From Promethearchaeota archaeon (GTDB lineage Archaea; Asgardarchaeota; Lokiarchaeia; Sigyniarchaeales; SOKP01), in contig RDOA01000008.1 in NCBI GenBank assembly GCA_011364925.1, forward strand, positions 32,001 to 96,000: a DNA stretch of 64,000 nt. Reading direction: 5' to 3'. A model generated the notes under the pieces. That model was not told where the DNA came from. It saw only the letters and a program-made list of their open reading frames with translations, and searched no databases. This document shows, in pieces, positions 10,284 through 20,049 of this stretch. Each line of letters opens with the position of its first letter. Position 1 is the stretch's first letter. A program made the translations under genes and the position numbers.

Positions 10284-11663
10284 TTGGGTATGGTTTATTT
10301 TAAAATTAATGGATTAGGATATAACTGCGGTTATATCGAAAGTAAATGCCCAAAAGAAAAGACTTCTTGTATTGAATGCATTAAAGATCGTTTAAGAGAT
10401 CTTGGATTTGAATTTGATTCGACAATAGAAATCTTTAAACTCGATTCTATCGAAAAACAGTTAGAGTTAGAAAGAGATACCATTTGGCAAAAATTTTTGG
10501 ATGTATTAAACATTAAGCACATTCTAATAATGGACAAGGAATCAGGATTAACCGTGATAAACTACACAGTATCAGGAGTAGATGTTGATGTAGAGCTTCT
10601 GAGTGGGTTTATACAAGCTAATATAACATTTTCTGAATCAGGAGAAGCGTCTAAGCAAAACCTCGTATCCTCTTACGAAAATCTTTTTTACGAATTCCAA
10701 TATAAAAGTTTTAATATTCTGCTTAAAGATGGGAATCATGTTCGAATTTGCTTAATACTCGACCATAAGGCGTCTAATAAACTTCGAAATCACACATTTC
10801 GATTTGTAGAGGAATTTGAAGAGAAATTTGAAGAGGAACTTATTACTTTACGAAACACTGGTTCTATTAATTTCAATAACATGATAGATGATATTGTGGA
10901 TAGTTTTAACATAAATCTTACATTTCCAATGACTTTAGTACACTCAATTCCGCCATATGAGTTAGAAAAAGTAAAAAGAAGCATACTGCAGAAAGCGATA
11001 TTTAATTTAGCAAAAGAAATGCTTGCGGTAAAACCGTTCTTCTTTATATACAACATGCTACAGCGTATTAAGAAAATTGTAAATATCGATGATGAAGTTA
11101 TCCTCTTTGAGATTCACCAACTCTTAGAAAGACAAATCATTACTCCAACACCTATAGAAGCGATTGCAGATACCATAGAATCTGGTCAGTTGGCTGATAA
11201 GAAGAAAGAAACTAAAACTAGTTCAATATCATCTATTATTATAAGTAAAACGGATACTGATGAACTAAAAAGCAAATTAGACACAATGGACAAATTTTCA
11301 GCACAGAAGTTAATTAAGGAATTGATGCGAAAAGCTAAAGCAGCAGAAAAAGAATCAACTTATCAAGTAACTCTTAACGAATACAATAAAGCTTTATTTA
11401 TAGCTAAGGACTTTAAACTCAAAGATGAGATTAGCAAGATTAACCAAAAAATCTTTAATTTAGAGCACAAATCTAAAAATATAGAATTAGACTTTAATAT
11501 TGAAAAAGCAGAAAATGCTGAAAAATATGGCGATTTTATCAACAGCATCAATTATTATCAAAAAGCTTTAGAAATCCTTGACGAATTCATAGTTTATAAT
11601 ATTATCGACCCTAGAATAAAGAAGTTTAAGAAAAAAATCGCACAACTTCGAGAAGAGATCTGA
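10284..11663 (+). CDS. longin-like domain protein with wHTH-like and TPR-like helical regions
   Basis: IKHILIMDKESGLTV...ELLSGFIQANITFS is an Asgard longin-type pattern; C-terminal A..AEK.GDFINSINYYQKALEIL is TPR-like. Confidence 0.75.
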   Translation: MGMVYFKINGLGYNCGYIESKCPKEKTSCIECIKDRLRDLGFEFDSTIEIFKLDSIEKQLELERDTIWQKFLDVLNIKHILIMDKESGLTVINYTVSGVDVDVELLSGFIQANITFSESGEASKQNLVSSYENLFYEFQYKSFNILLKDGNHVRICLILDHKASNKLRNHTFRFVEEFEEKFEEELITLRNTGSINFNNMIDDIVDSFNINLTFPMTLVHSIPPYELEKVKRSILQKAIFNLAKEMLAVKPFFFIYNMLQRIKKIVNIDDEVILFEIHQLLERQIITPTPIEAIADTIESGQLADKKKETKTSSISSIIISKTDTDELKSKLDTMDKFSAQKLIKELMRKAKAAEKESTYQVTLNEYNKALFIAKDFKLKDEISKINQKIFNLEHKSKNIELDFNIEKAENAEKYGDFINSINYYQKALEILDEFIVYNIIDPRIKKFKKKIAQLREEI

Positions 11664-11795
11664 TCTTCATTTATAGATACTGCTGTAGAATCAAACATGC
11701 TTTTATTAACCTAAAACCTTTTTTACGTGTTAATATTACACAATTTAACTGAAACAGAACTGTTTGAATTTTAATATAAATAATTTGCACTCATT

Positions 11796-12302
11796 ATGGA
11801 AACAGTAAAAATCATCGTTTCTGGAGATGGCGGAGTAGGAAAAACGTCATTTTTGAATCGTTTAGTCAATAATAGTTTTGACGATTTTAGTGAATTAACA
11901 AAAGGCGTCGATTTTTACTCAAAAAGGATATTTGTTAATGGAACCGAATTTAATTTCATAATGTGGGATTTTGCTGGCCAAGATCGATTTAAAACATTGT
12001 TAAACGACTTTGTTGAAGGTTCACTTGCTGCTTTTATTCTTTTTGACTTATCAAGAATTAATACCATAGAAAATGTATATGAGTGGATAATTAATTTAGA
12101 ATCATTCGGACAAATTCCTATAATATTAATAGGAACAAAGGTGGACTTGATAACCCCATATCAATCCCAAACAATTGATACTTACATCTCAGAAATTAAG
12201 AAAGAGTATGAGAATGTAATCTCTTATATAAAAATATCATCGAAGACTGGGGAAAATATAAAAAATGCTTTTGAAATTTTAATAGGAAATTTGTTTCGAT
12301 AA
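11796..12302 (+). CDS. Rab-like small GTPase
   Basis: GDGGVGKT, T.GVDF, WDFAGQDRF, TKVD, SSKTG; no prenylation tail. Confidence 0.92.
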   Translation: METVKIIVSGDGGVGKTSFLNRLVNNSFDDFSELTKGVDFYSKRIFVNGTEFNFIMWDFAGQDRFKTLLNDFVEGSLAAFILFDLSRINTIENVYEWIINLESFGQIPIILIGTKVDLITPYQSQTIDTYISEIKKEYENVISYIKISSKTGENIKNAFEILIGNLFR

Positions 12303-12327
12303 ATAATTCTCCATATAGATGGAATAG

Positions 12328-13362
12328 TTACACTTTTTCAACCCATCCAAATTCATCCTTTATGTCTAAACGTTGAATTCCCACGAGAAGCTCATATAAT
12401 TTACGCGTAAATTCCCCCGGTTCCCCTTCACTAAAAATCCTTTTTTTATCGTCTACCGCAACAGATTTAATCGGAGTGATAACAGCCGCTGTACCTGAGC
12501 AGAAAGTTTCGGTACAAGAATCTTCAAATAATTCTTTATATGAAATGTCCCTTTCTTCAGTGTTCATACCAATTTTCTTTGAAGCTAGCTCTAGTATTGA
12601 TTTTCGAGTAATACCAGGTAAAATCGTTCCTGCAGCTTTGGGTGTAGTAAGAACCCCATTAATCACAGCAAAAAAATTGGCAGTTCCTACCTCGTCGATG
12701 AACTCCATATGGACGGCGTCTAGGAATATTACTTGGGCAAACCCCTTTTCCTTCGTTTCTTTTGCGGGTAACATTGACCCCGCGTAATTACAACACGTTT
12801 TAGATGCTCCTGTTCCCCCAGGAGCGGCTCTGGTGTATTTTTTAGTGATTTCTAAATCTATACCCTTAAAGCCTTCTGGAAAATAAGGTCCTACAGGAAC
12901 TGTAAAAATTATTAATTTATATTCTTTAGCGGGTTTAACTCCAACTATAGGTCCCGTTCCTATCATCAGAGGGCGAATATAGAGTGCTCCACCACTATCG
13001 TAAGGAGGTATAAAATCCGTGTTTGCTTTTACTACTTCTTTTACAGCAGAAACAAAATCGTCCGTATTATAATTCGGCATTAATAATCGGTCAGCACTGT
13101 CGTTAAACCTTTTTGCGTTTTCAATAGGTCTAAAAAGCACTATCTCACCATTTTTCGTCTTTAAAGCCTTCATCCCTTCAAAAATTCCCTGTCCATAGTT
13201 CAAAATGCAAGCAGCGGGAGATATTTCAAAATTTCCGAAAGGAACTAATCTTCCTTTATCCCATTTACCATCCTTATAATCTGAAACAAACATTTCTTTG
13301 GTTTTAATAAAGTCGAACCCTAAAGAATAATAGTCAATATCATTAGCATCCATAAATATCAA
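12328..13362 (-). CDS. ilvE: branched-chain amino acid aminotransferase
   Basis: LNYGQGIFEGMKA, LYIRP, K..CNYA, E.GTANFF, ILPGITR, GTAAVITP. Confidence 0.93.
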   Translation of the reverse strand: MIFMDANDIDYYSLGFDFIKTKEMFVSDYKDGKWDKGRLVPFGNFEISPAACILNYGQGIFEGMKALKTKNGEIVLFRPIENAKRFNDSADRLLMPNYNTDDFVSAVKEVVKANTDFIPPYDSGGALYIRPLMIGTGPIVGVKPAKEYKLIIFTVPVGPYFPEGFKGIDLEITKKYTRAAPGGTGASKTCCNYAGSMLPAKETKEKGFAQVIFLDAVHMEFIDEVGTANFFAVINGVLTTPKAAGTILPGITRKSILELASKKIGMNTEERDISYKELFEDSCTETFCSGTAAVITPIKSVAVDDKKRIFSEGEPGEFTRKLYELLVGIQRLDIKDEFGWVEKV

Positions 13363-13552
13363 ATCAATGTTTTATTTATCAGATTTATTTAATGAAGAGT
13401 TCACTAAAAAACCTTATTGATAATACTAAGGGTATTTTCAAACGAATATTAATTATAGGTTATCAGAAAAATCAATAAAGATAAATAAAAAAAATTTGAT
13501 TTATAAATTAATTTTAAATTTGCCTTTTAAACGAAATTAACGCCTAAGAATT

Positions 13553-14497
13553 ATGGCTGTAATACCCCGCAAATCTAACGAGTTTAAACTGGTTATTGCA
13601 GGATTGGATAACGCTGGTAAAACGAGCGCTCTAATAGCGTTAAGACAAAAATATAATTTTTACGAGCGAGTCAAGAATTTAAAACCAACGATAAAAATTG
13701 ATTATAGCTCCTTTAAATTTCTTAATAAATACCGAATTAATCTCTGGGATATGGGAGGACAAAAAAAATTCAGAAAGATCTATATTAATAATCCGATTTA
13801 TTTTGAAGACACAGATTACATTTATTATCTTATAGACATTCAAGATGAAGTCAAATTTGAGGAAGCTATTGAATATCTCCACGAATTACTTAAAATCTTT
13901 AGGAATCTGGCTTATCCTAACGAAGTAATAGTCTGTTTTAACAAGTACGATCCCCAATTCAGAAATAACGAGGAATTTAGAGATCGAACAGATATGATTA
14001 AAAATTTGGTCAAATCACAAAACAAAGATATTAAATTTGAATTTTATAACACATCATATTACGACATTTCATCGATTTCGAAAGCATTGTCTCGCTCGTT
14101 AAATAGTTTGTTAAATTTAAATGAAATAGATAACGGTTTAAATAATTTAGTAAGTAACTTTAATTGTAGATATGCAATATTATACACAGATTCAGGAATC
14201 ATTATTTCTGATCATTATTTAGACACTATGGACATAAGAGAGTTTGAAGATAAAATAAGCCATAAAATTAGCGGGGATCTTGAATTCTTTCAGATGTTAA
14301 AGGATGAAAATGTTAATATCGACGATAGAATCACATTTTCCCATGATAAAACTGACTATGTTAAAAAATTTTCAATCCTATCAGAGAATATGGACAATAC
14401 TCTGTATATTGGGGTAAGTACGACAGTTAATAGTATTAATGAGGTTAAAATCGAATTAGAAAAACTAAGTAATGTCTTACAAACAAGTTTTGTATAA
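13553..14497 (+). CDS. Arf/Rag-like small GTPase with C-terminal roadblock/longin-like domain
   Basis: GLDNAGKT, KPT, WDMGGQ, NKYD, TSY; C-terminal YAILYTDSGIIISD domain. Confidence 0.88.
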   Translation: MAVIPRKSNEFKLVIAGLDNAGKTSALIALRQKYNFYERVKNLKPTIKIDYSSFKFLNKYRINLWDMGGQKKFRKIYINNPIYFEDTDYIYYLIDIQDEVKFEEAIEYLHELLKIFRNLAYPNEVIVCFNKYDPQFRNNEEFRDRTDMIKNLVKSQNKDIKFEFYNTSYYDISSISKALSRSLNSLLNLNEIDNGLNNLVSNFNCRYAILYTDSGIIISDHYLDTMDIREFEDKISHKISGDLEFFQMLKDENVNIDDRITFSHDKTDYVKKFSILSENMDNTLYIGVSTTVNSINEVKIELEKLSNVLQTSFV

Positions 14498-14614
14498 ACA
14501 TAATGGAAACCAGATGTACTATTATTTAATTCGATTTTGACCCATTTGACCTTTTTTCTATTAAGTCTCACACTCAATCAAAAGCTTTTTCTTGAGTATA
14601 GGTTTTCTTCATTT

Positions 14615-15496
14615 ATGGCTCTTCAAAAAATGACTGCCAAAAAAATCATCGAGAAAAAGAGAAAAGGAGAAAAAATCGTAACCATTACTTCTTATGACTA
14701 TTCGTTTGCTAAAATTGTCGACGATTGTGGGATTGACTTAATTCTCGTAGGTGACTCCCTTTCCATGGTTGTTCTTGGATACAAAAATACATTAGCAGTG
14801 ACCATGGACGAAATGATTCACCACACTAAAGCAGTGACAAGAGGCGTTTCAAATGCGATGGTAGTTGGAGATATGCCCTTTTTGTCCTATAAAATTGGAG
14901 TCAAAAAAGCAGTCCAAAACGCGGGAAGATTTATTCAAGAAGGAGGAGCAGAAGCGGTAAAAGTTGAGGGTGGAGCTAAAATCTGTCCGACTATAAAAGC
15001 AATGATAGATGCAGATATACAAGTAATGGGCCATATTGGTCTAACTCCTCAAGCAATATATGAATTTGGAGGTTTCTTAGTACAAGGAAAGACCATCGAA
15101 GGAGCGAAAACTTTAATTATTGATGCTAAGAAGTTGGAAAAAACGGGAGTGTTTTCAATAGTACTTGAGAGTATACCGTGGCAAATTGCAAAATTAATAA
15201 CTCAATCGGTAGATATTCCTACCATTGGTATAGGGGCTGGTTCGTATTGTGATGGACAAATATTAGTTATTAACGATATGTTGGGGCTTTTTACAGACTT
15301 CAAACCAAAATTTCTAAAATATTTTGGAGATATTGGTAATTCCGTCAAAATGGCCGTTAACGACTACCAAAACGAGGTAAAAAGTGGTCTCTATCCTGAT
15401 ATAGAACACTCCTATGAATTCCCAAAAGAAGATTTGAATGAGATCGAAGAATGGTTTGAAAACACTGATCTCGAAAATGAAGTAGGCGAAAAGTAG
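14615..15496 (+). CDS. panB: 3-methyl-2-oxobutanoate hydroxymethyltransferase
   Basis: [47 protein letters not shown]; likely start at ATG 14615. Confidence 0.95.
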   Translation: MALQKMTAKKIIEKKRKGEKIVTITSYDYSFAKIVDDCGIDLILVGDSLSMVVLGYKNTLAVTMDEMIHHTKAVTRGVSNAMVVGDMPFLSYKIGVKKAVQNAGRFIQEGGAEAVKVEGGAKICPTIKAMIDADIQVMGHIGLTPQAIYEFGGFLVQGKTIEGAKTLIIDAKKLEKTGVFSIVLESIPWQIAKLITQSVDIPTIGIGAGSYCDGQILVINDMLGLFTDFKPKFLKYFGDIGNSVKMAVNDYQNEVKSGLYPDIEHSYEFPKEDLNEIEEWFENTDLENEVGEK

Positions 15497-15720
15497 GGTA
15501 AATTAATCGTAAGAATCTAACAATATAGGAGTATAGTAAATAGTAAATTATTTCAATTTTGTTTGTTATCACCAAACGCATGAGATGTATCTAGAGAATA
15601 AGATTTTAATTATCCAAAAGTATAATTAAATAAATTTTTATTAATAATTATAACATAAGAACTTTGTTTGAAGATTTATTTAGCAAATTAAAGATCGAAT
15701 AAATTAACGGAAGATTTAAA

Positions 15721-17463
15721 ATGGCCGAAGAATACGATTTTTTGTTTAAATCGATTGTGGTAGGTGATGGCGGAGTTGGTAAAACAGCACTTACGCTCCG
15801 TTTCTCAAAAGGTTTTTTCACTGAAGATTACAAAATGACAATCGGTGTTGATTTCCACGTAAAGACAATTTCAATTGATACATCTGAAGGGCCTATCAAG
15901 TGTAAGCTCCAACTCTGGGATACTGGGGGTCAAGAACGATTTAGCTCGATAAGACCAATGTACTATAGAGGATCGTTAGGAACTGTACTCGTTTTTGATC
16001 TCACAAATTCAGAAAGTTTTGGACATTTACCACAATGGATACAAGAAGTCAGAGCTAACATAAAAGCTGATATTCCGGTGCTTCTTGTCGGAAATAAAAG
16101 CGATCTAGTTGACCAGAGAGCCGTCTCGGCGGAGGATGTAAGTAAATTTACAAGAGACTTTAACCTATATTATATGGAAACTTCGGCTAAAACGGGTGAT
16201 GGAGTTGGAGATTGTTTTTACATTCTTGCATGCTTAATGATAGGACAGGGTGTTCCTGAACAATTAATTGCAAACTCAATCGTTTTTGCTCCAGGACAAT
16301 TTGCTACACCAGCCGTTCAAATTTCTTCGCAACCAATAGTTACTAAGGAACCTCAAAGCAATTATATCGCACCATCTGTTCCAGGACATATCCAAAACTT
16401 GAAAGAGGAGCCTGAAATAGAGTTTGAGGCACCACCAGTTCCTGAACCGAAGTTATCAAAAGTTCGAGGTCCAACGTCTCCTTTCATTTCCGATTCAGAG
16501 ATTGAATTTGAGGCTCCACCTGTTCCTGAACCACCACTAAAAGCGAAACCGCAACCTACTCCCGAAATCTCTCTACCTGAACCAACTGAAATAGAGTTTA
16601 AAACTCCTGATGAAATTATGATCAAAGAAGCTATAAAATCCGAACTTGATACATTAACAAGCGGTGACAATGTCTATAAACCTAAGACTGCACCTTTTAC
16701 ACCCAATGCTCCAGAACCTACAGCACCTCCTAAAGAATTTCAGAGTTCTTATTCAGAAGAACCAATCGAGAGATCTCCTATCCACACACCATTTCGCGTT
16801 ATTAAAAGAGAAGAGTCTCCTAAACCTCAACCAGCTTCAATGACGTTTGAACCTAGCCCTTCACCTCAACCAGAATCAACTGAATCTTTAGAATCAACCT
16901 CTGATTCGTTGATCGACTATATGCCTCAAACAATTTTAACGAAAAAAGAGAAGAAAAAGCAAGCAAAGGAAAAGAAAAAACAAGAAAAAGAGAAAGCAAA
17001 AATAGAAAAAGAGAAGAAAATGCTCGAAGAAAGGGAGAAACAAGAAGAATTGATCAAAGAAATGAAAAAATCTAAAAAATCTAAAAAGGAAAAACCCATC
17101 GTAACCCAAACATCAGAACCAACGCAAGCACCTACTATAAGTCGACCAGAAACTGGTATGAATTCCTTATTCCAAACCCTCACCCAAAAATCTGAAGTCT
17201 CCCCACCAGATCAGAGTGTCCCATTTATACCTTTTTCGGGAACAAGCAAAACTAAAGAAGAAGGGACATCTAAATTAAGAATCATCCCAAATGTAGCAGA
17301 CATTGATGCAAACTCTAACGGTTTCACAGCTTTTACTTCGTCTCAATCCAATCCAGATGAAGAACCAAAAGCTAAAACTAAAGATCTCTTAATTTGCGAG
17401 CAGTGTGGTTCAATCTTATCTGCTGATTATGCATATTGTAACAAATGTGGTAATAAGTTATAG
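15721..17463 (+). CDS. Rab-like GTPase with long Pro-rich linker, KE-rich helix and C-terminal zinc ribbon
   Basis: GDGGVGKT, TIGVDF, WDTGGQERF, YYRG, GNKSD, ETSAK; then ~400 aa of low-complexity sequence; ends CEQCG...CNKCG. Confidence 0.92.
   Translation: MAEEYDFLFKSIVVGDGGVGKTALTLRFSKGFFTEDYKMTIGVDFHVKTISIDTSEGPIKCKLQLWDTGGQERFSSIRPMYYRGSLGTVLVFDLTNSESFGHLPQWIQEVRANIKADIPVLLVGNKSDLVDQRAVSAEDVSKFTRDFNLYYMETSAKTGDGVGDCFYILACLMIGQGVPEQLIANSIVFAPGQFATPAVQISSQPIVTKEPQSNYIAPSVPGHIQNLKEEPEIEFEAPPVPEPKLSKVRGPTSPFISDSEIEFEAPPVPEPPLKAKPQPTPEISLPEPTEIEFKTPDEIMIKEAIKSELDTLTSGDNVYKPKTAPFTPNAPEPTAPPKEFQSSYSEEPIERSPIHTPFRVIKREESPKPQPASMTFEPSPSPQPESTESLESTSDSLIDYMPQTILTKKEKKKQAKEKKKQEKEKAKIEKEKKMLEEREKQEELIKEMKKSKKSKKEKPIVTQTSEPTQAPTISRPETGMNSLFQTLTQKSEVSPPDQSVPFIPFSGTSKTKEEGTSKLRIIPNVADIDANSNGFTAFTSSQSNPDEEPKAKTKDLLICEQCGSILSADYAYCNKCGNKL
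16414..16610 (+). repeat. intragenic peptide repeat EIEFEAPPVPEP x2 plus degenerate EIEFKTP
   Basis: copies at 16414-16449 and 16498-16533, partial copy at 16588; synonymous differences between copies. Confidence 0.8.
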
Positions 17464-17499
17464 TTTATACGAATCCTTTATTCCTTTTTTATTATCTTC

Positions 17500-18282
17500 C
17501 TAAAGATTTTTACCACAAATGGGACAAGTACTCCATATTTTCTTAATCTTTGAATTACAATAAGGACAAGTTTTTAAATCTGGGTCTATTTGAGTTTGAA
17601 GTTTTCCAAAAATGGTTACATTATCTTCAGCACTATAACTTTTTGGCTGATGCGGTGGCTGAATCTCTCTACTATTTGTGTAAATTTGAGAAGATGTATC
17701 TATGGGTTCTTGCAGTTTTTCTTGAATTCTAAGATTTCGTTCTTGGTCTATAGTATCAGGTAGCTCTAACATTTCGTTGTATTCGCTTGAAACAGCAGCT
17801 CCTTGAGGAATTTGTTGGTTAACCTCAGATTCTTCGATAGGAATACCGACTTCGTAATGAAAATATTTGCCCTCGTTATTTTCAATCACTGTTTCGCCAT
17901 GAGCCAAAAGAACTTCAATATAATAGATAATTATAGAACCCATTGGGACATCATTTATTTCGGCAATAAAATAATCCAATTCTTGTTCCATTCGCAAGCG
18001 ATACCATGACTTTCCATGATCAGCACTAAAAATTAGAAGGACTCTTTCTAATGTGGTACTGAAATCTTCCTCTGTGATTTTAACAACAATTTTAATCGTT
18101 TTTTTTAAAATTTCTGTTTGTCCAACAGATTCCGCTGCCTTTGTAGAATCCCATGCAGCGCCACATTTAGGGCAGTTAGTAAACCAATTTGGGTATACAA
18201 ATTGACAATTGGTGCAATTTTTCGTAAAATATCTAGTAGTTTTTATTCCAAGTGTTTTTTTTTTATCTTTTCCCATTATCAA
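17500..18282 (-). CDS. double zinc-ribbon protein with central beta-rich (Ig/CBM-like) domain
   Basis: N-terminal CTNC..CPKC, C-terminal CPYC..CPIC; central YYIEV...ENNEGKYFHY. Confidence 0.75.
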   Translation of the reverse strand: MIMGKDKKKTLGIKTTRYFTKNCTNCQFVYPNWFTNCPKCGAAWDSTKAAESVGQTEILKKTIKIVVKITEEDFSTTLERVLLIFSADHGKSWYRLRMEQELDYFIAEINDVPMGSIIIYYIEVLLAHGETVIENNEGKYFHYEVGIPIEESEVNQQIPQGAAVSSEYNEMLELPDTIDQERNLRIQEKLQEPIDTSSQIYTNSREIQPPHQPKSYSAEDNVTIFGKLQTQIDPDLKTCPYCNSKIKKIWSTCPICGKNL

Positions 18283-18393
18283 TTCATATCTAAAGAGGAA
18301 TTTTACCCTAATGAATTAGGTTAAATTATTAAATTACGATTCAATTAATAAATATATTTCTGATAGCTATATTAAAAGTCTAACTTCTTCTTA

Positions 18394-19569
18394 TTATAAT
18401 TTTAGTTTTTTTACAATTTTTTCTAAATCATCAGCAAAACGAGATAAGTGTTGTCTTTTTACATGAGGCATTACAACAATTCTAATTAAATTTAAGTCAT
18501 TGAATTTCCCTAACATCCACAAATTTTTGCGTAGCGCTTGTTCGAGCTCACACACACTATCTCCGTTTTCAGTGGTGATGCCTACAATATTCAATACGGG
18601 ATTAGTAGCGATTTTTACCCCTTGAATTTCAGATATTCTTTGCACTAAGTATTCAGTGTTTTCCATACACTTTTTAACGATTTCTTTGAATCCATTAATG
18701 CCTAAATACTTTAAAATCACCCAAAACGCAATAATTGGACCTCCAGGTCTAGTGCCGACGATATGAAAATGCTTAAATGATCCACCAGCTAAATACGGGA
18801 TTTCAAAACCTGTCCTCTGTAATATTGAAGCATCTTTGATAAAATAACCACCTGAAGGAATTACTCCTAGTCCCATTTTATGAGGATCAGCTGTAATTGA
18901 ATCTACTGTATTTACGGAAAAATCCCATGAAGGAACCTTATAACCCAGCCTTTTAAGAAAGGGCAAAACAAATCCTCCGAATGCGGCATCTATGTGAAAG
19001 AAAATGTCTTTCCCTTCAATCAATTTCCCTATTTTTTCAATAGGGTCAACTAATCCTAAGGAGGTAGTACCCGCAACTCCAACAATCGCGCATGTATTTT
19101 TGTTAATTAATGATTCAAAGTGATCTAAATCTACTTGATAATTTTCTAAGAGTTTAGCTTTTCTCAATTTAAGGTTCAAGAAGTCTGCAGCTTTATCAAA
19201 AGAAAGATGAGCAGAAGCTGGAACCACAATTTCGGGCTTTTTTATGTCAGGTCGTAAATTTCTAGCTATTCTCATCGCTATCAGATTAGCTTCAGACCCT
19301 CCTGTAGTGAATGCCCCAATAATATTATTGTTTCCGAATAAATCACCAATTTCTAAAACTAGTTCCTCCTCAAGTTCTGCTGTGCCTAAAAATAACCCTG
19401 GGTCACCTAAATTCTTAGAAATATACTTTAGATAGATTTCCTTAGCAAGATCTAAAGGTTCTGTGCACATAGATCCTAAGATTGACCCTGAATCGTAAGA
19501 AAAATCTTTCTCTAACTTCTTGTCAAGCAATTCGAGTATCTCTCGTTTCTCTAAGCCTTCTTCTTGCAT
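18394..19569 (-). CDS. mfnA: PLP-dependent tyrosine/aspartate decarboxylase
   Basis: ILGSMCT, NLGDPGLF, TGGSEAN, HIDAAFGGF, SITADPHKMG, GTRPG. Confidence 0.92.
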   Translation of the reverse strand: MQEEGLEKREILELLDKKLEKDFSYDSGSILGSMCTEPLDLAKEIYLKYISKNLGDPGLFLGTAELEEELVLEIGDLFGNNNIIGAFTTGGSEANLIAMRIARNLRPDIKKPEIVVPASAHLSFDKAADFLNLKLRKAKLLENYQVDLDHFESLINKNTCAIVGVAGTTSLGLVDPIEKIGKLIEGKDIFFHIDAAFGGFVLPFLKRLGYKVPSWDFSVNTVDSITADPHKMGLGVIPSGGYFIKDASILQRTGFEIPYLAGGSFKHFHIVGTRPGGPIIAFWVILKYLGINGFKEIVKKCMENTEYLVQRISEIQGVKIATNPVLNIVGITTENGDSVCELEQALRKNLWMLGKFNDLNLIRIVVMPHVKRQHLSRFADDLEKIVKKLKL

Positions 19570-19693
19570 TTTTTATGGGGGTGATACGACTAAGTTACTT
19601 CAATTCTAAAAAGTAAAAAGCTTAAAAGAATTAAAATTTTACAATTAGAGATTTAAATTTAGAAAAAATTTTCAAAGCTGTAAAATTATGTGG

Positions 19694-20029
19694 CTAAACA
19701 AATCGTTTTGAGTCCCTTTTAGTAAACTTATCTATAACGAGAGATAATTCTCTATTTAAATCTATTTTATAGTAATTAGCCACACAACTTATAGAAAAAA
19801 TAACATCAGCTAATTCTTCTCCTAGATTTTTTTCCGCTTCGTCTGTTTTTTTAGGTTTATGACCTTCGAGATGGTTTATTTCTTTTGCTAATTCACCTAC
19901 TTCTTCCACTATTGCACTTAACATAGAGAGAGGAGGCCAATATCCACCATGAGCCACTATCCACTTGTCAATTAATTTTTGATGTTCTAAAAGAGAAATA
20001 TTTTTGTTCATATATATTTTAATAAACAA
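19694..20029 (-). CDS. MazG-like nucleotide pyrophosphohydrolase (YpjD-like)
   Basis: GGYWPPLSML..IVEEVGELAKE...EELADVIF...AN. Confidence 0.88.
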   Translation of the reverse strand: MFIKIYMNKNISLLEHQKLIDKWIVAHGGYWPPLSMLSAIVEEVGELAKEINHLEGHKPKKTDEAEKNLGEELADVIFSISCVANYYKIDLNRELSLVIDKFTKRDSKRFV

Positions 20030-20049
20030 AGCTATTTATTGTCAGATAT

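Noticed and set aside
16940-17095. A/G-rich low-complexity tract suggesting a tandem repeat
   Set aside because: Encodes the KE-rich helix of the long Rab; no exact repeat unit
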